Origin: Anaeromyxobacteraceae bacterium
Lineage (GTDB): Bacteria > Myxococcota > Myxococcia > Myxococcales > Anaeromyxobacteraceae
Assembly (NCBI GenBank): GCA_047602405.1
Contig: JASGHJ010000002.1
Coordinates: forward strand, 1,984,001 to 2,048,000
DNA: 64,000 nucleotides
Direction of reading: 5' to 3'
Positions 46,197 to 54,955 of the stretch are shown here, piece after piece (position 1 is the first letter of the stretch; the number at the start of each line of letters is the position of its first letter). The notes beneath the pieces are model-generated. The model did not search any database. It was given only the letters and a program-made list of their open reading frames with translations, and was not told the origin of the DNA. The position numbers and the translations under genes were made by a program.

Positions 46197-47219
46197 TCAC
46201 TTCTGACCCCGCGGCGGCCCTGGCCTCACCTCGGCCACCCGCCGCACGCTGCGGCACACGGCAAGTGAGACCCACAGCGGCAACTCCGGGTCCTTCCCCT
46301 TCATCAACCGGAACCCGAACGTCCCGTCGGCGCGCTGCAGCTCCCGCACGTGAGCGAGCGCGGCGCGGACCTCGGGGACCTCTGCGCCGACGCCGATCAG
46401 GCTCAGCGAGTCGAGCGCCGACACCACGTCGGTGAACCAGAACGGGAAGCTGACCCGGTCCCAGTAGCTCCGGTCGGCCCGGTCGCCGTAGGCATCGCGC
46501 CTGAAGAGCCGGGCCGCGAGCAGCCTCGCCGCGGTGCGGGCCTCCTCCGACCGGCGCCGCGCCGGGTGCGCCGCGTACGCGCGCAGCACCATGCCGGTCG
46601 CGAGGTGCGAGGACGGCTTCGTGCGGTCCGGCGGCAGCGGCTCGGGCCACCGCCGCACGTCGAGGGCGCCCGACAGCGCGAGCCCGCGGGTCCGGAACGG
46701 GATGGCCCAGCCGCCGTCGTCCTGCCGCCCAGCGAGGAGCCAGCGGAAGGCCCGGCGGGCGCGGGGGTCCTCGCCGTAGCCCGCCTTCACGAGGAGCTCG
46801 AGGATGGCGCCCGTGTAGGTGGTCGCGTGCTGACGGCCATAGAGCCCGCGGAAGTCGCCCTCCCGCGCCTGGGTCGAGAAGAGGCACGCCGCGGCCCGGG
46901 CCAGGGCCGGGTGCTCCCGCGTGAGGCCGTGCTGCTCGACCAGCACGCCGACCTGCCGGAACGTCTCGAGCTGGTCGTAGTCCTCGCGCGAGCGGATGCG
47001 GGTGTCGCCGCCGGGGTAGGTCCACGAGCCGTCCGCGTTCTGCCTGCGGAGGATCCGCCCGACCGCGGGCCCGCCCCAGAGCGCCTCGATCGGTCCCGGG
47101 CGTTCGCCGAGGAGGTCGCGCCGGGTGAAGTACGCGAGGGCGGGCGTGGCGGCCCGGAGCAGCATCGGGACCGGATCGACGCGCAGCGTGCGCCGCCAGG
47201 GGGCCTCGGCGGGGGCCAT
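46197..47219 (-). CDS. Prenyltransferase/squalene-oxidase repeat protein
   Basis: QNADGSW, RQDDGGW, QRADGTF QW-like repeats. Confidence 0.7.
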   Translation of the reverse strand: MAPAEAPWRRTLRVDPVPMLLRAATPALAYFTRRDLLGERPGPIEALWGGPAVGRILRRQNADGSWTYPGGDTRIRSREDYDQLETFRQVGVLVEQHGLTREHPALARAAACLFSTQAREGDFRGLYGRQHATTYTGAILELLVKAGYGEDPRARRAFRWLLAGRQDDGGWAIPFRTRGLALSGALDVRRWPEPLPPDRTKPSSHLATGMVLRAYAAHPARRRSEEARTAARLLAARLFRRDAYGDRADRSYWDRVSFPFWFTDVVSALDSLSLIGVGAEVPEVRAALAHVRELQRADGTFGFRLMKGKDPELPLWVSLAVCRSVRRVAEVRPGPPRGQK

Positions 47220-47228
47220 ACCAGGAGT

Positions 47229-47591
47229 CTACGGGCTCGGTGCGCGTGGCTCCAGCTCCGCCGTCGACGCGCCCGCGCCCGCTCGCGGCACGCACGCCCC
47301 CGTCGACACGCCCTCGAGCCACCAGTCGTCCTCGCCCGGCGTGCTCAGGAACCGCGCGAGCACGAGCTCGCCCTCGGAGCAGTCCCAGCGACAGAGCCGC
47401 ATCGTGAAGAGCGCGACGGTGCCGTAGTCCGTGGGCCACGACACGCCGAAGTCCTCGACGAGGTCCGCCGTCGGGCACGACGGCCCGCCGGCCTCCATGC
47501 TCCAGAGCGTCGAGTAGTCCCTGGGCGACTTCTCCTCGCCACCGCACGCCATCGACACGACCGCGACTGCCACGAGCAACGGGATCCTCAT
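47229..47591 (-). CDS. Hypothetical lipoprotein
   Basis: MRIPLLVAVAVVSMAC lipobox-like N-terminus. Confidence 0.55.
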   Translation of the reverse strand: MRIPLLVAVAVVSMACGGEEKSPRDYSTLWSMEAGGPSCPTADLVEDFGVSWPTDYGTVALFTMRLCRWDCSEGELVLARFLSTPGEDDWWLEGVSTGACVPRAGAGASTAELEPRAPSP

Positions 47592-47674
47592 GGCGGCGAC
47601 CGTAGCGCCGGGGCGGACGCCGTCCGGGCGGTGGCGCGTTCGGCGTGCGGCGAGGGCGCGCTGCGGATGCGCCC

Positions 47675-47714
47675 AAAAGCGAACGGGCGGCCGGGATGTC
47701 CCGACCGCCCGTTC
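47675..47714 (-). terminator. Intrinsic terminator after tRNA
   Basis: GAACGGGCGG.CGGGA-loop-TCCCG.CCGCCCGTTC stem followed on the minus strand by GCTTTT. Confidence 0.65.
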
Positions 47715-47720
47715 TCGACT

Positions 47721-47792
47721 TGGGCACCGCTGGGATCGAACCAGCGACCCCCTGCGTGTCAAGCAGGTGCTCTACCACTGAGCTAGGCGCCC
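47721..47792 (-). tRNA. tRNA-Val(GAC)
   Basis: GGGCGCC acceptor, AGCTCAGTGGTAGAGC D arm, TTGACAC anticodon loop, GGTTCGATCC T arm; CCA not encoded. Confidence 0.96.
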
Positions 47793-47870
47793 TGCCCTGC
47801 AGCAGCGAGGCGCGGTTATACCCCGACCGGCGGGACTGTCAACGGGCGAGTCGTGCGGCGGGTGATCCCT

Positions 47871-47930
47871 CATCCTTCGACTCCGCCCCGGGGGCGCTGC
47901 GCGCCCCGGGGCTACGCTCAGGATGAGCGG
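47871..47930 (-). repeat. REP-like core element, copy 4 (inverted)
   Basis: Minus strand reads CCGCTCATCCTGAGCGTAG-hairpin-GGAGTCGAAGGATG. Confidence 0.75.
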
Positions 47931-47972
47931 GGATGGTCGAGAAAGCGCGTCGGCCAGCGCGTTCCACCTTCC

Positions 47973-48548
47973 CTACGCCACCCTCGGCGCCCTCAGCACC
48001 CGGAAGAAGAACAGGCCGTACTGCAGGAACGAGAGCACCACGCAGGTCGCCCCGAGCAGGGCGAACGCGACGAGGTAGGGGTCGGCGAGGGGGCGCGGCA
48101 CGGCGCCGTAGTCGCCGGCGAGGGCCAGGATGACCGCCACCGCGAGCGCGAAGGTGGCGTACTTGCCGATGCGGGTGGGCGCGAGCGGCTGGGCGTTCCG
48201 GAGCCACTTCAGGAGCGCCGCGCCGGCCACCAGCACGGCGTCCCGGCCGATGACGAGCGCCGGCAGCCACGCGGGCAGGTGGCCCGTCCACGTGAGCGCC
48301 AGCAGCGCGCACGCGGCGAGGAACTTGTCGGCGATGGGGTCGAGGATGGCCCCGAGCCAGGTGCGCTGGTTGAGCGCCCGGGCCACGAGCCCGTCGAGGA
48401 GGTCGCTCGCCGCGGCGGCCGCGAAGGCGGCCAGCGCGCGCAGCGAGTCCCCCTTCACGTACAGGACGAGGAAGACCGGGGCGAGGACGATCCGGAGGGC
48501 GGTGAGGCCGTTCGCCAGCGTGAACGGCCCCACCCCCGGATCGATCAC
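47973..48548 (-). CDS. CDP-alcohol phosphatidyltransferase (PgsA/Cls-like)
   Basis: SDLLDGLVAR...GAILDPIADK. Confidence 0.9.
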   Translation of the reverse strand: MIDPGVGPFTLANGLTALRIVLAPVFLVLYVKGDSLRALAAFAAAAASDLLDGLVARALNQRTWLGAILDPIADKFLAACALLALTWTGHLPAWLPALVIGRDAVLVAGAALLKWLRNAQPLAPTRIGKYATFALAVAVILALAGDYGAVPRPLADPYLVAFALLGATCVVLSFLQYGLFFFRVLRAPRVA

Positions 48549-49321
48549 CGCGCGGTCGCGTCCCGCTCCCGGTTCCAGGCCTCCCACTCGTCCGCCTTCC
48601 CCGCCAGCGCGAACTCCTCGGGCTCCGTGGGCTTCCCGTCCGCGGAGACCCGGACCTGCATCATGTTGGTGACGATCTTCTCCCACTGCTCGCGGGTGAC
48701 CTCCTGGGGGCCCGCGATCTCGACGTGGCCGGGCTTCTTGCCGCCCTCGGCCCCGCCGCCCTGCCCGCCCTCGCCGCCGCCGTGCAGGGGGCGCGGGATG
48801 GGGCCGGCCGCGACGGCGACCGTGCCGGAGTACACCTTCACGACGACCGAGCGGTCCTTCGCGGCGTCGACGCGGAACGTGGTGCCGCGCACGCCGGCGA
48901 CCGCGTTCTCGGTCTGGACCTCGAACCGGGCCTCGCCGCCGACGGCCTTCGCGACGTTCGCCCAGACCTGGCCCACCACGAGCTTCGCGGAGACCTTGCG
49001 GTCGTCGACCGTCTTCCCGAACGCGGCGGCCTGGACGACGGCCTTCGAGGTCGGGCCGAGCCGGACCACGGAGGCGTCGTTGAGCTTCACCTCGAGGCGG
49101 GTGCGGCGCTCGGTCTCGAGGACGTCGCCCTCGAACACCGGGGCGCCGACCGCGAGCTTCGCGGCCTTGCCGTCGGCGGCCTTGCGGCTCGCCTCGCCGG
49201 CGAGGAAGGTCACCTTGCCCGCCGGCTGCGGCGCCGGCCCCGCCGCGGGCACCGCGGCCGCGAGGCCGAGGAGCGCCACGGCGCCGGCGAGCGCCGAGAG
49301 GATGCGCGCGCGGGTGGTCAC
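48545..49321 (-). CDS. FecR-domain secreted protein
   Basis: Signal peptide, EGDVLET, FEVQTENAVAGVRGT. Confidence 0.8.
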   Translation of the reverse strand: MTTRARILSALAGAVALLGLAAAVPAAGPAPQPAGKVTFLAGEASRKAADGKAAKLAVGAPVFEGDVLETERRTRLEVKLNDASVVRLGPTSKAVVQAAAFGKTVDDRKVSAKLVVGQVWANVAKAVGGEARFEVQTENAVAGVRGTTFRVDAAKDRSVVVKVYSGTVAVAAGPIPRPLHGGGEGGQGGGAEGGKKPGHVEIAGPQEVTREQWEKIVTNMMQVRVSADGKPTEPEEFALAGKADEWEAWNRERDATAR

Positions 49322-50481
49322 TTGAGCTCCACCTCGACCGTGCCCTGCGTGACCTTCTTCACCTTGACCTGGTAGCCCGGGAACTTGCGGGTGGCGAGGT
49401 CGGTGGCGAAGGCGGAGGCCTGGCCGTTGTAGGCCACGTCGAGCTCGGCGCGGCCGTTCTCCATCGAGCGCTCCTGGATGTCCTTCACGCCGCGGACCTG
49501 GTTCGTGAGCACGTTCTTGAAGCCCGCCAGCCGGCCGTAGTCCTCGACGCCCGAGACGCCGAGCGAGATCCGCTTGAAGCCCGACTGCTCGCGGCTCCAG
49601 ACCTTGCCGATCTTCGTGAAGAGGTCGGCCGCCATCTTGCGGCCGGCGTTGGAGAGCGCGTTGCGGCCGGCGGTGGTCTGCTCGAAGCCCTTGCCGGCCT
49701 CGCCGGTGAACTCGGTCGCGGCGATGACCTCGCCGGAGTCGACGCGGACGGCGCGGGCGGAGATGTTGCCGACCGCCGAGTAGAAGGTGCCGTTGTCGAT
49801 CGGGATCTCGCCGAGCGGCTTCGCGATGGCGCGGCCGACGACCACCACGTCCGCGCCGGCCTTGATGCCGATCTCGCGGGCCTGCTGGACGTTCGGGTCG
49901 GCGCCGATGGTCTCGAGCTTCACCTTGCCGGAGAGGACCTCCGGGTCGATGAACGTGAAGCCGCTCTTCTCCATGCGGTCCATGAACGCGTTCTCGACGA
50001 CGCGCAGGTCGGCGGTGTTGCCGCCGCCCTGCCACCAGCCGGTGGCGGCGCTGGCGTTCACGGCCTGCTCGGCGACGAGCACCGCGATGCGCGGCATGCC
50101 GGCGCGGCGGTAGGCGATGCCGAAGGCGAGCATGTCCTCCTCGAGCTTCGACTCCGACACGTCGCAGCGGAGCTTCATGATCCAGGTGTTGCCGTCCTGC
50201 CGGTCCTCGAGGACCGTGAACTTCTTCACGTAGCCCTGCGAGTGCGAGTAGACGTTGTCCTTCAGGAGCTTCGCCTGGTCGGTCTCGGTCGCGGCGGTGA
50301 TGAACGTGCCGGCGACCTGCTGGACGCAGTTGCGGAGCGCGTCGTCCTTGGCCTGCTCCTTGGCCGCGAGGAGGTCGCCGGTGATGGCGCCCTGGCCGAC
50401 GGCCTCGGTGGTCTCGACCTTGTCCTGGGCGCGGGCCGTGGAGGCCGCGAGGAGGAGGGCGAGCGCGAGCTTGCGGTTCAT
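49318..50481 (-). CDS. FlgT N-terminal-like periplasmic protein
   Basis: Signal peptide, AKEQAKDDALRNCVQQVAGT..SQGYVK. Confidence 0.65.
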   Translation of the reverse strand: MNRKLALALLLAASTARAQDKVETTEAVGQGAITGDLLAAKEQAKDDALRNCVQQVAGTFITAATETDQAKLLKDNVYSHSQGYVKKFTVLEDRQDGNTWIMKLRCDVSESKLEEDMLAFGIAYRRAGMPRIAVLVAEQAVNASAATGWWQGGGNTADLRVVENAFMDRMEKSGFTFIDPEVLSGKVKLETIGADPNVQQAREIGIKAGADVVVVGRAIAKPLGEIPIDNGTFYSAVGNISARAVRVDSGEVIAATEFTGEAGKGFEQTTAGRNALSNAGRKMAADLFTKIGKVWSREQSGFKRISLGVSGVEDYGRLAGFKNVLTNQVRGVKDIQERSMENGRAELDVAYNGQASAFATDLATRKFPGYQVKVKKVTQGTVEVELK

Positions 50482-50510
50482 GTGCATGTCTCCGTGGGGA
50501 CCAGAGGGGA

Positions 50511-51290
50511 TCAGTCGGCGAGGATGACGACCTTCGCGTCGGCGAGGAACGGCCAGGCCTTCCCGGCGAGCCCCTTCGCGTCGGCCGAGGAGATGACCAC
50601 GTCGGAGCCGGCGACCTTCACCGCGCGGACGACGAGCGGCCTGTCGCCGAGGCGGTCGGCGGCGGTCTTCTTCGCGCCGTCCAGGTCCTTCGCGTAGGCG
50701 GCGGCGCCGCCGGCCTTGCGGCCCGCCTCGGAGAGGACGCCGGGGCCGTAGACCTCGTTGCCGGACTCGTCGATCACGCGGGGGGCGAGCGCCGGCGTGA
50801 CCTTCTGGCCGCGGGCGTCGACCACGAGCGAGGTGCCCGGGGGATCGCCGGCGGGGGCGGCGGCCGGGGTCGTCGTGCCCTCGCCCTTCGGCATGAGCAC
50901 CTCGGAGAGCGCGCCCTCCATCGGGACGGTCACGTCGACCTCGATGGACGAGTCGCCGTAGTAGCGCGGCTTCGCGACGGTGAACTTCTTGATGACGCCC
51001 TCGACCCTGGCGCGCATCGCCGAGTCGGACTGCATGGCGGAGCCGGCGGACTTGCCCGACTCGAGCTGGATGCCCTTGATCGTCTCGAGGCAGTTGCGGA
51101 GCGCGTCGAGCTTCGCGGCCTTCTCGGCGCCGATGCGCGCGACGGCCACGTTGCCGTCGGCGTCCTTGACGTTCACCGCGCCGGTGCCGGTGCACTTCAC
51201 GACCTTCTGCTGCCAGTCGACCGCGCCCGAATCCGCGAGGGCGGCGGACGGGAGGGCGAGGACCGCGGCGAGTGCAACGAGCTTTCTCAT
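50511..51290 (-). CDS. LPP20-like secreted protein
   Basis: Signal peptide, AAKLDALRN.LETIKG, TSLVVDARG..PALAPRV. Confidence 0.65.
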   Translation of the reverse strand: MRKLVALAAVLALPSAALADSGAVDWQQKVVKCTGTGAVNVKDADGNVAVARIGAEKAAKLDALRNCLETIKGIQLESGKSAGSAMQSDSAMRARVEGVIKKFTVAKPRYYGDSSIEVDVTVPMEGALSEVLMPKGEGTTTPAAAPAGDPPGTSLVVDARGQKVTPALAPRVIDESGNEVYGPGVLSEAGRKAGGAAAYAKDLDGAKKTAADRLGDRPLVVRAVKVAGSDVVISSADAKGLAGKAWPFLADAKVVILAD

Positions 51291-51471
51291 GTTCGTCTCC
51301 TGCGTCCCGGGGCTCTTGCTGCTGCGTGCTCTGCGGGGACCACGCTTCCGGTCCGAAAATTCAAGGGGTAGAAAAGTCTACCACCTGATGGCGGCCATCC
51401 TACGAACCGGCCGCCGGGCCCGCTGTGACGGGTGTCACCGCTCCCCTCCGGAGCCTGGAACCCGGGCTTGC

Positions 51472-52236
51472 CTACACGCCGTCGCGCAGCCGGCGCAGCG
51501 CCACCACGAGGGAAACCGCGTCTTCCGAGGCCTCCGGCGCACGTACCCTGACCGCGTCCCTCACGGTGGGGACAAGGACCCGCAGGAACGGGTTCACCGC
51601 GCGTTCCTCGTCGAGCGTCGAGGGCGGCGGCTCCTCTCCGGCCGCGCGCGCCGCGCGCACGGCGGCGAGGCGCGCCGCGGCGCGGGCGTTGTCCGACTCG
51701 AGCCCGAGCCCGAAGGGCAGGTTGAGCTCGGCGTAGTCGTGGCCCGGGTGGACCTCCAGGGCGCCGTCCAGCGCGGCCAGGGGGCCGGTGAGGCTCCGGG
51801 CGAGGCGCTCCGGGTCGCCGCCGTGCCTGCAGTTCCCGGCGCCGCCCCAGAAGAGCGTGTCGCCGGTGAGCGCCCGGCCGCGCCACACGTAGACGACGGA
51901 GCCCGGCGTGTGCCCGGGCACCGGGACGACGCCGACCCGCAGCGCCCCGAGCGCGAGCTCGGCGCGCCCGGCCACGTCCTCGTCGGGCGCGAACCACGCG
52001 GCATCGCCGCCGTGGCCGAGCACGGTCGCGCCGAGCGCCTCGCGCACGCGCGCGGTGCCGCCGGTGTGATCGTGGTGCCCGTGCGTGTGGAGGATGAACC
52101 GCGGGCGGACCCCGTGCGCCGCCGCGAGCCCGAGCGCGATCCCGGGGTCGCCCGGGTCGACGAGCGCGGCGTCCGCGCCGTCGGCGAGCAGGTACGTGTA
52201 GTTGTCCTTGCGGTAGCGGCGACGGTCGAAGATCAC
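51472..52236 (-). CDS. Hydroxyacylglutathione hydrolase (glyoxalase II-like MBL)
   Basis: DNYTY, THGHHDHTGG, PGHT, TGDTLF, ERAVNPFLR. Confidence 0.88.
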   Translation of the reverse strand: MIFDRRRYRKDNYTYLLADGADAALVDPGDPGIALGLAAAHGVRPRFILHTHGHHDHTGGTARVREALGATVLGHGGDAAWFAPDEDVAGRAELALGALRVGVVPVPGHTPGSVVYVWRGRALTGDTLFWGGAGNCRHGGDPERLARSLTGPLAALDGALEVHPGHDYAELNLPFGLGLESDNARAAARLAAVRAARAAGEEPPPSTLDEERAVNPFLRVLVPTVRDAVRVRAPEASEDAVSLVVALRRLRDGV

Positions 52237-52634
52237 GGCGCGGGGTCGGCGGGCTCGGGGTGGTGCGAGAGCCCGACGCGGTTGCCCTCCGGGTCGCGCA
52301 CGTAGAGCGTGTAGCGCGAGCGGTGCACGATCGCCACGCCGGCCGCGCCGAGGCGCGCCTCCCAGCGCTCCCGGTCGGCCCGCGCGATGCGGAGCGCCAC
52401 GAGGTGCAGCCCCGGCCGCGGATCCTGGAACGGCGCGTCGACCGGCGGCGCCCCCGCCCGCTCGAGCGCGAGGAAGCTCCCCTGCCCGTCGAGCGCGAGC
52501 CAGACGCTCCGCTCGCCGCCCATCGCGTCCGGCCAGCGCTTCACGACCGCGAGCCCGAGCACGTCCCTGTAGAACGCCTCGCAGCGGACGAGGTCGGCGC
52601 ACTGGATCGCGAGGTGGTGGAACCCCGCGATCAT
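52233..52634 (-). CDS. VOC/glyoxalase family protein
   Basis: HHLAI..FYRDVLGL, YVRDPEGNRV. Confidence 0.87.
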   Translation of the reverse strand: MIAGFHHLAIQCADLVRCEAFYRDVLGLAVVKRWPDAMGGERSVWLALDGQGSFLALERAGAPPVDAPFQDPRPGLHLVALRIARADRERWEARLGAAGVAIVHRSRYTLYVRDPEGNRVGLSHHPEPADPAP

Positions 52635-54955
52635 CGCGCGGCCCGCCCCGCCGCCGCGGGCGACGGCCGGCGCCGCCGGACCGTGAGCACCGCGAGCGCG
52701 GCCAGGGCGAGCACGCCGTCTCCGCCGGGGCCGCCCGCGGCGCAGCCGCACCCGGGCAGGCGGCTCGCGCCCCTCAGCGACGCCACCGGCTTCGTGAGCG
52801 GGTAGCCGCCGCGCGAGCGGGCCTCCGCGGAGGCGGACCCCGCCACGCCGAGGCCGCGGACCGTGACCTGCACGTCCACCGCGCCGTCGGAGCCGGGCAG
52901 CGACGCGAGCGTGACCTCGACGCCGCCCGCCACGCGGGCCTCGCTCGCCTTCTCGGCGCCGATCACCTTCACGGCGCCGGCGGGCTCGAGCCCGGCGAGC
53001 GCCAGGTGCAGCGTGACCTGTCCGAGCGGCGCCGCGATCCGGCTCCGCACGCGCGTGGTGACGACGGCGAGCGCGCCCTCCGCGAGCGCCGAGACGTCGC
53101 TGTGCGAGTCCACCGTCACGAGGCCGCGCGCGTCGAACCCGAGCGAGCGCGTGGCGGTGGTGCTCTGCCAGCCGCCGGCGTCGCTCGCGGTGAGCGTGAG
53201 CGTCGGCGGATCGGCGACGTCGAGGAGCGCCGCGTAGGCCGACTCCGGCAGCTCGAGCGTGAGGACGACCGAGGTGCCGGAGGGCGCCGCGTGCCAGACC
53301 GCGGTCGCGGGGAGCCGGGCGCCGCCGGGCGTGAAGGCCGGCGTGCCGCCGCACGCCTCCCAGATCGAGCCCCGGAGCGGCACCGCCGCGCCCCCCGGCC
53401 CGAGGGTCACGGTCGCGGGCGCGTTCGGCGCGAGGGTGAAGCTGGGCGCCCCGGCGGTCACGGTGACGGTGCCCGCGAGATCGCGCCACTGCCCGCCGGT
53501 GTCGGTGCCCCGGACCGCGACCGCGACGGGGGCGGCGCCGCAGAGCGACGCGCCCGGGAGCGTGAGCGTCGCGTCCTGCGCCTGCGCGGCGGCCCCGTTC
53601 ACCGTCCAGGCGAGCGAGACCGGCCCCTGCCCGTCGGTCGCCGCGACCGCGACCTCGTGATCCGCGCCCCGGCTCGCCACGCCCGGGCTGCCGGCGGCCC
53701 ACGCGAGCGACGGCGGCGTGTCGGCCGCGTCCACGAACACGAGCAGCGTCCCCGCGCCGGTCGCCCAGTCGAAGCCGAGCGCGACGAGGTCGGGCAGCGG
53801 CGAGCCCGCGACGTCGACGGCCGCGAGGTCCCGGATGGCGAGGCCGCGGGCCGGGGCCTTCCAGACGCCGAGCGCGCCGTTCGCCTGCGGCCAGAACACG
53901 ACGATCCGGTCCCCGCGGCGGTCCCACACGGCGGCGCCTTTCACGGTGCCGAGGTCGACCGGGCGGAGCACCGCGGGATCCGCGAGCCCGAGCTCGGCGC
54001 GGGTGCCGAGGTTCTGCCAGGCGGCCGTGGCGAAGGCGGCGGGGTCCGCGGCGCCCTTCACCCACAGGAGCGCCCCGTCGGTCCAGAGGGCGGGCGTCGT
54101 CCAGAGGCCGAGCGTCAGGACGAGGTCCGCGAGGCCGTCCTGGTCGACGTCCATCGCCGCGACGCCGAGCACGTCGCCCTGCCGCACGCCGGCCGGGAGC
54201 CAGGTCGCGCTCGCCTGCGGGACGGCGTCGCCGACGCGCAGCGTCTGGAGGTCGAGGCTCCCCACGTCGCTCGCGCCCGGCCGCTGGAGGGCGAGCGCGA
54301 CGGCGCCGGTGCCCGGCACCGCGAGATCGTCGACCCCCGTCGCCACCGCGGTCGCCCCCAGCCGCAGCGGGAAGACCTCGGTGTGGAAGGCCAGCCGGCC
54401 GGTGAGGGCCGGCAGGGGGAAGACCTTGCCGGCGGGCGGCCCGGTGAGATCCCAGATGCGCAGGTTCCCGGGCGTGCCGGCGCCGACGCCCGTCGGCACG
54501 ACGGCGAGCGCCTCCGGCCGCGCGAGGAGCTGGGCGAGCGCCACCGTCTCCTGCCCGCCGCCCGCGAGCGCGTAGATGTCGAGCACGAGCGGCGACGCCG
54601 CCGCCGAGACCGCGAGCCCGGTGGGGCGCACGAACACGAGGTCCGCCTTGCCCGCCGGCGTGGCGCGGAAGAGCCGCCCCGCGGCCACGTCCACGCCCTG
54701 CCCGTCGAGCGCGCGCAACGGTGAGCTCTCGGGCGAGAGCACCGCGCGCGAGGGGACGAGGACCGACCCCGCGCCGCCCGGCGCGAAGAGGAGCACGTCC
54801 GCGCCCACGCGCACGCCCAGGGACCCGCCGGCGAGCTCCGCGGTGGTCGCGTCCGGGACCGGCACGACGAGCGGCTCGGTGCCGAGCTGCGCCCGCGCCG
54901 CGGCCGGTAGGAGGGCCGCCGCGAGGAGGACCGCGCTGGCACGCGAGACCTTCAT
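52631..54955 (-). CDS. Secreted FG-GAP/Ig-like surface protein with MYXO-CTERM-like tail
   Basis: Signal peptide, DVDQDGLADLV, DVAGSPLPDLV, C-terminal GCGC-hydrophobic-RRRR. Confidence 0.75.
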   Translation of the reverse strand: MKVSRASAVLLAAALLPAAARAQLGTEPLVVPVPDATTAELAGGSLGVRVGADVLLFAPGGAGSVLVPSRAVLSPESSPLRALDGQGVDVAAGRLFRATPAGKADLVFVRPTGLAVSAAASPLVLDIYALAGGGQETVALAQLLARPEALAVVPTGVGAGTPGNLRIWDLTGPPAGKVFPLPALTGRLAFHTEVFPLRLGATAVATGVDDLAVPGTGAVALALQRPGASDVGSLDLQTLRVGDAVPQASATWLPAGVRQGDVLGVAAMDVDQDGLADLVLTLGLWTTPALWTDGALLWVKGAADPAAFATAAWQNLGTRAELGLADPAVLRPVDLGTVKGAAVWDRRGDRIVVFWPQANGALGVWKAPARGLAIRDLAAVDVAGSPLPDLVALGFDWATGAGTLLVFVDAADTPPSLAWAAGSPGVASRGADHEVAVAATDGQGPVSLAWTVNGAAAQAQDATLTLPGASLCGAAPVAVAVRGTDTGGQWRDLAGTVTVTAGAPSFTLAPNAPATVTLGPGGAAVPLRGSIWEACGGTPAFTPGGARLPATAVWHAAPSGTSVVLTLELPESAYAALLDVADPPTLTLTASDAGGWQSTTATRSLGFDARGLVTVDSHSDVSALAEGALAVVTTRVRSRIAAPLGQVTLHLALAGLEPAGAVKVIGAEKASEARVAGGVEVTLASLPGSDGAVDVQVTVRGLGVAGSASAEARSRGGYPLTKPVASLRGASRLPGCGCAAGGPGGDGVLALAALAVLTVRRRRPSPAAAGRAAR

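Noticed and set aside
46197..47792. Genomic island integrated at tRNA-Val
   Set aside because: No integrase and no duplicated tRNA 3' end noticed in the window
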